Both the position numbers and the translations under genes were made by a program. The notes under the pieces were generated by a model, which worked only from the letters and a program-made list of their open reading frames with translations, was not told the DNA's origin and ran no database searches. Below, piece after piece: positions 58,796 to 64,000 of a stretch of DNA of 64,000 nucleotides (within the stretch, counting starts at the first letter, position 1; each line of letters begins with the position of its first letter). This stretch comes from a virus (taxonomy: Duplodnaviria > Heunggongvirae > Uroviricota > Caudoviricetes), in the IMG/VR virus record IMGVR_UViG_3300045988_138358. One strand, given 5' to 3'.

Positions 58796-58882
58796 TGGCG
58801 GAGAGTAATGGAATCGAACCATCATCGCTTGCGCAATGGGACGGTTTTCAAGACCGCTTGAGCACCATGCTCCCTACTCTCC
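58796..58882 (-). tRNA. tRNA-Ser-like (UGA anticodon, long variable arm), divergent
   Basis: Hand-folded: 7-bp acceptor stem, anticodon loop CTTGAAA, long variable arm, T-loop TTCGATT, discriminator G, CCA encoded; D-arm unusual. Confidence 0.55.
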
Positions 58883-59028
58883 GGCCGTTGTGGTGGCCGG
58901 TACTGAATCTCCGGCATACGGTGCAGCCAATTAGGACTACGGACGATCACCGCTCGCGAAAGGGAAGATTTGCGGCCGCATTTCCCTAACATCCAAGAAA
59001 GCTATCGCATCAGTCTGCGAATCCACCA

Positions 59029-59118
59029 CAACGTTGAGAACACTGGTTGTCACGCTGCAACGCAACATTTATTCGTAGATTGGGATATGACCCCGTTACG
59101 TCAGTGTTCTCAACGTTG
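59029..59118. ncRNA. long hairpin: perfect 17-bp inverted repeats around a 56-nt interior
   Basis: Arms at 59029-59045 and 59102-59118 are exact reverse complements. Confidence 0.4.
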
Positions 59119-59265
59119 TAGTACCGGTTACGGTTCCGGCCAGGCCTCTTCCTCAACGGGGTATTCTCCATACGGACTACCGTTTATTGGTCGTTCCTGC
59201 GGTTTATGTTGTGAAGCCAGATGCTTATCTTCTGGTTGCTTCAAAGAGCTGCACTTCATCACAAC

Positions 59266-59339
59266 GGTAAGGGTACTTCGTAGGGATTCGAACCCTCTGC
59301 CAAGCACGGCGATCTCCGACGTCGCAAAATACCCTTACC
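59266..59339 (-). ncRNA. tRNA-like element: 10-bp closing stem around a canonical T-arm, no canonical cloverleaf
   Basis: Closing stem GGTAAGGGTA/TACCCTTACC with internal T-arm-like hairpin; I could not fold it as a standard tRNA. Confidence 0.35.
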
Positions 59340-59347
59340 TGTTGTGT

Positions 59348-59423
59348 TGGTGCCGATTAACGGACTCGAACCGCTGACATCCTGCTTACAAGGCAGGCGC
59401 TCTACCAACTGAGCTAAACCGGC
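59348..59423 (-). tRNA. tRNA-Thr (UGU)
   Basis: Hand-folded cloverleaf; anticodon loop CTTGTAA; T-loop TTCGAGT; CCA encoded. Confidence 0.75.
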
Positions 59424-59425
59424 AT

Positions 59426-59502
59426 TGGCGATGGTGGGTGGATTCGAACCACCGACCGACAGCTTAGAAGGCTGCTGCTCTATCCTACTGAGCTACACCA
59501 TC
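59426..59502 (-). tRNA. tRNA-Arg (UCU)
   Basis: Hand-folded cloverleaf; perfect 7-bp acceptor stem; anticodon loop CTTCTAA; 2 nt from tRNA-Thr. Confidence 0.75.
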
Positions 59503-60005
59503 ACTTGCCGGTTACGTCTCCGGCGAGGGCTTCCACCTCCGTATGCTTTTCGGCGCACCGCGCCCTGGCTGCAATTCGGTAACAGGGGATGCACAACCCT
59601 GGCTTCCAGCGTGATTAGCGCCTTCAGCATGACGGGATATACCCGTAACCAACAAACTTTCCCATATACCATCAAACAATGGCTGTTACGCGGGAGGGAC
59701 GTAACAGGTAAGGGCGCTGACCAGAAAGACCTGACCCTTCTCATTCATCTGGTTAATCACACCAGCGCCCTTGCCTGTTATGCCTCCCCGTTCCCTAATA
59801 CACAGACGGGGACACTCTGCGGTCGATTTTTTGACGGGGGACGACTCATACCCCGTGGCGTCTGGCTTCTTAGGCCGCTACCATCATCAGATCATCGTTT
59901 GCATTTACTTTAATGGTCGGTTTCTAAACCGCCGCAAAGCCGCTAACCATGACGAAAACCCTAAAAAAGCCCACCCGAAGATGGGCAAATACGCTACATC
60001 TCACA

Positions 60006-60084
60006 CAAGAAAGAAGCCGACTGCCTGAGCTGGATTCACTTTCAAATGCCCGCAGAAAGGGAACACAAGTCGGCTTCTTTCTTG
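60006..60084. ncRNA. long hairpin: perfect 17-bp inverted repeats around a 45-nt interior
   Basis: Arms at 60006-60022 and 60068-60084. Confidence 0.4.
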
Positions 60085-60212
60085 ATGCGGCACTCTCTCC
60101 GCCCGTCACCGCTCTGTCTCGGTTGTCGCGTTTGCCACGCCAGCCATAACGAGGTTTAAAGTCTTTGCACGTTTCCATCACTCGACTGCCGTCTGTGGCT
60201 GTTCGTTGCAGC

Positions 60213-60227
60213 GGGGGTGCCTCCCCC
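60213..60227. ncRNA. short hairpin GGGGG-TGCCT-CCCCC
   Basis: Third of three hairpins with identical loop and covarying stems. Confidence 0.3.
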
Positions 60228-60300
60228 TGGGGATATCCCCGGCCTTACCCCATTCTTTCAAGACACAATGCAAGGCCGCATCCGCATAGGTGCATTACCG

Positions 60301-60367
60301 CAACATTAAGGAGACTTAGGGCAAAAGGTAATCGCCACAAAAAAATCCCTATGCCTCCTTAATGTTG
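60301..60367. ncRNA. long hairpin: 13-bp perfect inverted repeats, 41-nt interior with nested TAGGG/CCCTA pairing
   Basis: Seen directly. Confidence 0.35.
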
Positions 60368-60375
60368 AGGATGTG

Positions 60376-60434
60376 CATTGATGATGATTCGATGCGGCGA
60401 GTCCCGTTACTCTCTGCCGGACCATCATCAATGA
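60376..60434. ncRNA. hairpin: 11-bp perfect inverted repeats (CATTGATGATG / CATCATCAATG), 37-nt interior
   Basis: Seen directly. Confidence 0.35.
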
Positions 60435-60576
60435 ACATCTTAAAAAGACCTTCCGTGGCTCAACATGTCTTGTCGTTTACTCCGTAAAGTGCTCTCTCTG
60501 AAACCACTTTACGCACTAAACCTGCTGAACTTTGGCTTGCTCGGTGCCAAAGCGAATCCCTGTATGCATGTAATTT

Positions 60577-60584
60577 TCTAACAC
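60577..60584. promoter_or_regulatory. operator-like half-site TCTAACAC in the tRNA island
   Basis: Recurrent motif. Confidence 0.35.
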
Positions 60585-60709
60585 TTTAATTTGTTATTTG
60601 CTGGTGGGCGAACAACAACCAATAAGTGACTATCAAGCCCAGCAAGCGAAATGTGGCAACGCTCCACCAGCAAGGAAAATTCTAAGTTAAGTTACTCTCA
60701 CAATCAATA

Positions 60710-60740
60710 TGTTCGTTTGGTGAAATTAGATTTCTAACAC
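60710..60740. promoter_or_regulatory. operator-like degenerate palindrome (TGTTCGT-N16-TCTAACAC) at the 3' end of the 60742 gene
   Basis: Recurrent motif. Confidence 0.4.
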
Positions 60741-60741
60741 A

Positions 60742-61950
60742 TTATTTCCCATAAAGATCTTCTACGCCCCCATTCTTCTTGTCCCATTCGTTAGCCCACA
60801 CCCGGCAGGCATCAATAATTTCTTGACGACGGTCGCCCTGCATAAAGGGGATGCTTTCATGAAAACTACTTGGGATACAGGCCACGCTGAATACGGTATC
60901 AAACGCAGTCTGTTTGATAGCTTCCAACGTCTCTGGGCGCATTTTCAATTCATCGATCGGCGCATCCTTAGAGTCCATAATCCGGCGATGCAGGCGCGGG
61001 AAATCAGTCTCCAGGTACGCCATAATTTTATCTGCCAGGCATTCGTCTATATCGGTATTCCAGTCCGTTTCGAAGCCGGGCAGGCGATAGTAAAGCGGCG
61101 TTCCCCATACTGATGGGATCACATCCATCGTCAGCAGGCGGTTGGTTCTAATTTGTTGATGGTAATTAGCCGTCAACAGAGCTTCACCACGCTGACCAGT
61201 CTCCGCAACCAGACCATGCGGGTACTCATGGATATAGGCAATAGCATCCACCCCGTCATACATGAGCGGGAATGTCTCTGGCCTTTGTCCCATACCACAA
61301 GCGCGGTTCAGATCATGACCAAGCTGTGAGCACTCTCGTTTCAGCGTTTCAATAATGTTCTGCGCTGCTGCTAACTTTTTACGCAGTGTGACGCCTTCGC
61401 CTTGATACTTAATGCATTGCTGATTCAGCTCTGTTAAACGCTCTTTTAGTTCCCGACGCTCTCTTTTCAGCGCACGGTTATCCTTCTCCGCAACATCCAG
61501 TCGTTTTGACAGACTGGCTGGATAGTCTTTTTTGTAACGACTCAAATCGGCTTCTGCGGATTTGCGCAGTGTGTTTGCCTGTTCAAGACGCGCTTCCAGA
61601 TTGCCGATCTCACTACGCATATTCGCGGCAAATTGATTAACAGCATTGCCAAGACTTTCAACTGTCGCTGATACGCCTGTGACTTGTGAAAAACGGATCA
61701 AGCCATCATTAACGGCTTGTTGATATTCCTCAAACTGATCCACCAGCTTGTTGTAATCAACCGTCCCTTCCTCAAGTAGCTGGTTGATCTCCGCGACCAG
61801 GTTATCAGTAGTGGCAATGACGCTCTCATGTAGCCGTCTAGACAGGTCATCCCCCGGATTCCGCTTTTGAATAAGGGCGATCTGTGTCCGCAGCGTTTCA
61901 ATCGCGGCTGAGATGATTTCCAGATTAGAAGTATCAGTTTGTTGACTCAT
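60742..61950 (-). CDS. hypothetical protein, N-terminal coiled coil plus C-terminal globular domain
   Basis: ORF track 60742-61962; the second ATG at 61950 has a better RBS. Confidence 0.4.
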   Translation of the reverse strand: MSQQTDTSNLEIISAAIETLRTQIALIQKRNPGDDLSRRLHESVIATTDNLVAEINQLLEEGTVDYNKLVDQFEEYQQAVNDGLIRFSQVTGVSATVESLGNAVNQFAANMRSEIGNLEARLEQANTLRKSAEADLSRYKKDYPASLSKRLDVAEKDNRALKRERRELKERLTELNQQCIKYQGEGVTLRKKLAAAQNIIETLKRECSQLGHDLNRACGMGQRPETFPLMYDGVDAIAYIHEYPHGLVAETGQRGEALLTANYHQQIRTNRLLTMDVIPSVWGTPLYYRLPGFETDWNTDIDECLADKIMAYLETDFPRLHRRIMDSKDAPIDELKMRPETLEAIKQTAFDTVFSVACIPSSFHESIPFMQGDRRQEIIDACRVWANEWDKKNGGVEDLYGK

Positions 61951-61982
61951 TGCAGTTCCCATTGTTTTTGCAAAATTAGTTT

Positions 61983-61990
61983 TCTAACAT
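61983..61990. promoter_or_regulatory. operator-like half-site TCTAACAT ~25 nt upstream of the 61962/61950 gene
   Basis: Recurrent motif. Confidence 0.4.
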
Positions 61991-62064
61991 ATTTTATTAG
62001 TATGAGAACAAGATCGAAAGATGTGATAAACAAAAAACCCGCTAATCGGCGGGTTTTTGAGCGG

Positions 62065-62379
62065 TTATTGTGTCATTGCCTGGTAGATAAAATACACGAT
62101 GCATACCGGTACGATAGCCCATTGCAGCAATGAAAGCAGCCTCATGGCTGTCATTGGAGTAACTCCGTCTACGTATTCCTTCTCTGACATTTTCCCTAAC
62201 CAACTAACCGACAAAAGGGTCGAGTTCTCCCCCATTTCCAGCTCCCTGAGGGCTTCCCGGATTAAAGGCGCTGTTACCACCTTGCGGGCAGTGTTGAGCG
62301 TAATGCTCCGCGTCCTCCCGGCGTCATCGGCAAACGCCAGGTTCACATGATATTTTTTGCTCAATGTACAAACTCCCAA
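62065..62379 (-). CDS. hypothetical protein with C-terminal transmembrane helix
   Basis: ORF track 104 aa. Confidence 0.3.
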   Translation of the reverse strand: MGVCTLSKKYHVNLAFADDAGRTRSITLNTARKVVTAPLIREALRELEMGENSTLLSVSWLGKMSEKEYVDGVTPMTAMRLLSLLQWAIVPVCIVYFIYQAMTQ

Positions 62380-62561
62380 TCATCAGCGCCTGTACTTTCC
62401 GGGGTAATGTGAACCTTATCACCAGTGACAATATTCCGAGCCTCTATTGTTCCATTGCTGTGTTTCAACAACTCAACACACAATGGTTGCTGCCAGGAAC
62501 GACGGCGAGCAACAACGTTAGCACCAGCAGGGATAAGTTCAGCCACGTTAAGTAAACGCAA
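62361..62561 (-). CDS. hypothetical protein
   Basis: ORF track 66 aa. Confidence 0.3.
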   Translation of the reverse strand: MRLLNVAELIPAGANVVARRRSWQQPLCVELLKHSNGTIEARNIVTGDKVHITPESTGADDWEFVH

Positions 62562-62575
62562 AACGATTTCTCCGT

Positions 62576-63067
62576 TTAATCAAGACAAACATATTCCGTG
62601 ATAGCTTTTATGGCTTCAGCGGCACTGCGCGCCTCAAAGCAGTAGTAACCTGCTTCGGTGAGGCGAGTCATCCAGACGAGTTGTTCGGGAGTCAGGCGAT
62701 TTCTCCCATGTTTCATCTCAATGCGCATTCCGTGGTATCCCCCACAAGCAAGGTCTATAGAAAGATCGGGATATCCCTTCTTTTGGCCCTCTGCCACCAT
62801 TTTTATTGCCGTCCTTATGCCTCGCAGACCGCCGTTTGGAGTGGCGTGTGTATGCTCATACACATAGCGCATATTGCGATACAACCAATCCAGGACGCGT
62901 ACCTGCTCGTAATGCTCATGGTTCCTTTTGATTAGATCTGGGTTTTTCTCCAGTTCTCTGAGAGCTGCGGCATGTGGTGATGTTTCAGAATATTCACTGC
63001 GACGCCTTCTTTTTCTCGCTATTTTTCTAACACACCCATTGATAGTAAATAAGCGAAATAATAACAA
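62576..63067 (-). CDS. VRR-NUC domain nuclease (start uncertain)
   Basis: ORF track 163 aa from a TTG; C-terminal ~100 aa show a VRR-NUC-like pattern (TPNGG, GYPDLSI, IEMKHGRNRLTPEQ); an operator-like site lies inside the annotated N-terminus. Confidence 0.45.
   Translation of the reverse strand: MLLFRLFTINGCVRKIARKRRRRSEYSETSPHAAALRELEKNPDLIKRNHEHYEQVRVLDWLYRNMRYVYEHTHATPNGGLRGIRTAIKMVAEGQKKGYPDLSIDLACGGYHGMRIEMKHGRNRLTPEQLVWMTRLTEAGYYCFEARSAAEAIKAITEYVCLD
63026..63033. promoter_or_regulatory. operator-like half-site TCTAACAC
   Basis: Recurrent motif. Confidence 0.35.
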
Positions 63068-63206
63068 CTGCGTTAGATTTGTAAAACAAGAGAGATACTA
63101 CTCAAGGCTGGGCTATATGCAACAGGTCGGATTTGCTTTTAGAGTAAAAAGTGACCTTAATCAACAAGGAGGGTAAATCGCATGGCATTTACCCAACTTG
63201 TTATTT

Positions 63207-63467
63207 TTAAAGGTTTATTTTATCCGGTTCGGATATTTCTGTGATTGTCTTGTCGATTGCGATCAACCACCCTTCATAGGTTAAATCATCAACAAGCTCT
63301 ACCAGTTTGTCTTCTGTATGAGGGAAGTATACCCAGCTCCAGCTCGCTGGGTTTTCTGCTTTTCGCAGCGTAAAAACCTTCTTGTAACGGTGAAACTCAA
63401 GGACATACCCCTTCGATATGGAATATTCCTTTAGGTCTTCGACCGTAAACCTACGATTCTTTCGCAT
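63207..63467 (-). CDS. hypothetical protein
   Basis: ORF track 86 aa. Confidence 0.3.
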   Translation of the reverse strand: MRKNRRFTVEDLKEYSISKGYVLEFHRYKKVFTLRKAENPASWSWVYFPHTEDKLVELVDDLTYEGWLIAIDKTITEISEPDKINL

Positions 63468-63469
63468 GG

Positions 63470-63904
63470 CTACCCCATGATTCGATATTTCTCTATTGAC
63501 TCGTCGTAACTTGTGTACACGTATGGCTCTGTATCATCAGCATAAGGTGCGACTTCCAGAGCATGAACGGGATTGTATACCGCGTCATTTTCCAGGCGAT
63601 CGCTCGAATACAGATGCCCAGCCAAAACCGTAAGCGCCGGGCGACTCATTTTGTAGATCTCTGCCACATCACTATCTACAACTTGTCCAAATGATATGTC
63701 GCCGCGCTCCAGCAATATCGTTTTGAGCGCGGGCCACCACGGACCATAAAGGTGATAAAGCTGTGGATTTTTCTTCAGTCTTTCTACCATGCCATCAAGA
63801 TAAACTGTCAGGTATTCTTCTTCACTCCTGCCATTGAGTGCCTGCGGCAAGATTTCCTCAAGGTAGGATTCCGTCGGTTTTACAGTGTCAATTAGTGTCG
63901 TCAT
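63470..63904 (-). CDS. hypothetical protein
   Basis: ORF track 144 aa. Confidence 0.3.
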   Translation of the reverse strand: MTTLIDTVKPTESYLEEILPQALNGRSEEEYLTVYLDGMVERLKKNPQLYHLYGPWWPALKTILLERGDISFGQVVDSDVAEIYKMSRPALTVLAGHLYSSDRLENDAVYNPVHALEVAPYADDTEPYVYTSYDESIEKYRIMG

Positions 63905-64000
63905 TCAAATTCGGCCCCGGTTGGGGCCGCTCCTTATCTGTTAGGCCGCATCGGCGATTATTTTACGCAGTTCATCTACCGAGTAACGCGTAGATACCAT

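Noticed and set aside
58412-59913. ORF-track proteins in the tRNA island (58412-58672, 58970-59377, 59425-59913 and others)
   Set aside because: They start at TTG/GTG, are low-complexity, and overlap hand-folded tRNAs or long hairpins on the opposite strand.
1-64000. Calling the element phage P1 itself
   Set aside because: Cre/lox, Ref, HumD, PacA/PacB and tRNAs are P1-like, but the replicon, both partition systems, the operator sequence and much cargo differ from what I recall of P1; no transposase or IS element was seen either.

Overview
This window looks like a contiguous segment of a P1-like temperate phage-plasmid from an enterobacterial host, densely coded and interrupted by a ~2.9 kb RNA-rich non-coding island. 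Everything below is read from the sequence and the supplied ORF track without tools, so all family assignments are motif-level inferences from memory; hand-mapped sites may be off by 1-2 bp. Main content: (1) an iteron replicon (DnaA box, AT-rich region, 22-bp-phased iterons, Rep_3-type repA, downstream mixed-orientation iterons) sitting between tail genes; (2) two adjacent partition systems (ParM/ParR with tandem repeats, and a small ParA with an RHH partner); (3) a Cre homolog with a lox-like 13-8-13 site; (4) myovirus-type morphogenesis genes in scattered blocks (tail fiber, baseplate W/J, a 1263-aa tape-measure-like protein, sheath, Ig-like protein, candidate capsid, spike/hub, overlapping spanins, PacA/PacB-like terminase with a GATC cluster); (5) accessory genes (Dam, an overlapping C5-methyltransferase-like ORF, RdgC, Ref-like nuclease, HumD with a LexA box, dUTPase, lambda-type phosphatase, VRR-NUC, HigB/HigA); (6) four minus-strand tRNAs plus a tRNA-like element and several long hairpins. 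The most interesting candidates are a minus-strand operon (47275-50920) holding a catalytically degenerate terminase-ATPase paralog, a dUTPase and a Tad2-like (DUF2829-like) fusion protein; a second Tad2-like fusion at 57279-57854; a protein ending in a near-ClpX zinc-binding domain; an AT-rich membrane protein inserted where an antitoxin-like gene is truncated; and a palindromic operator-like motif (TGTTAGA-N16-TCTAACA) found at 12 or more sites. No CRISPR array or transposase was seen.
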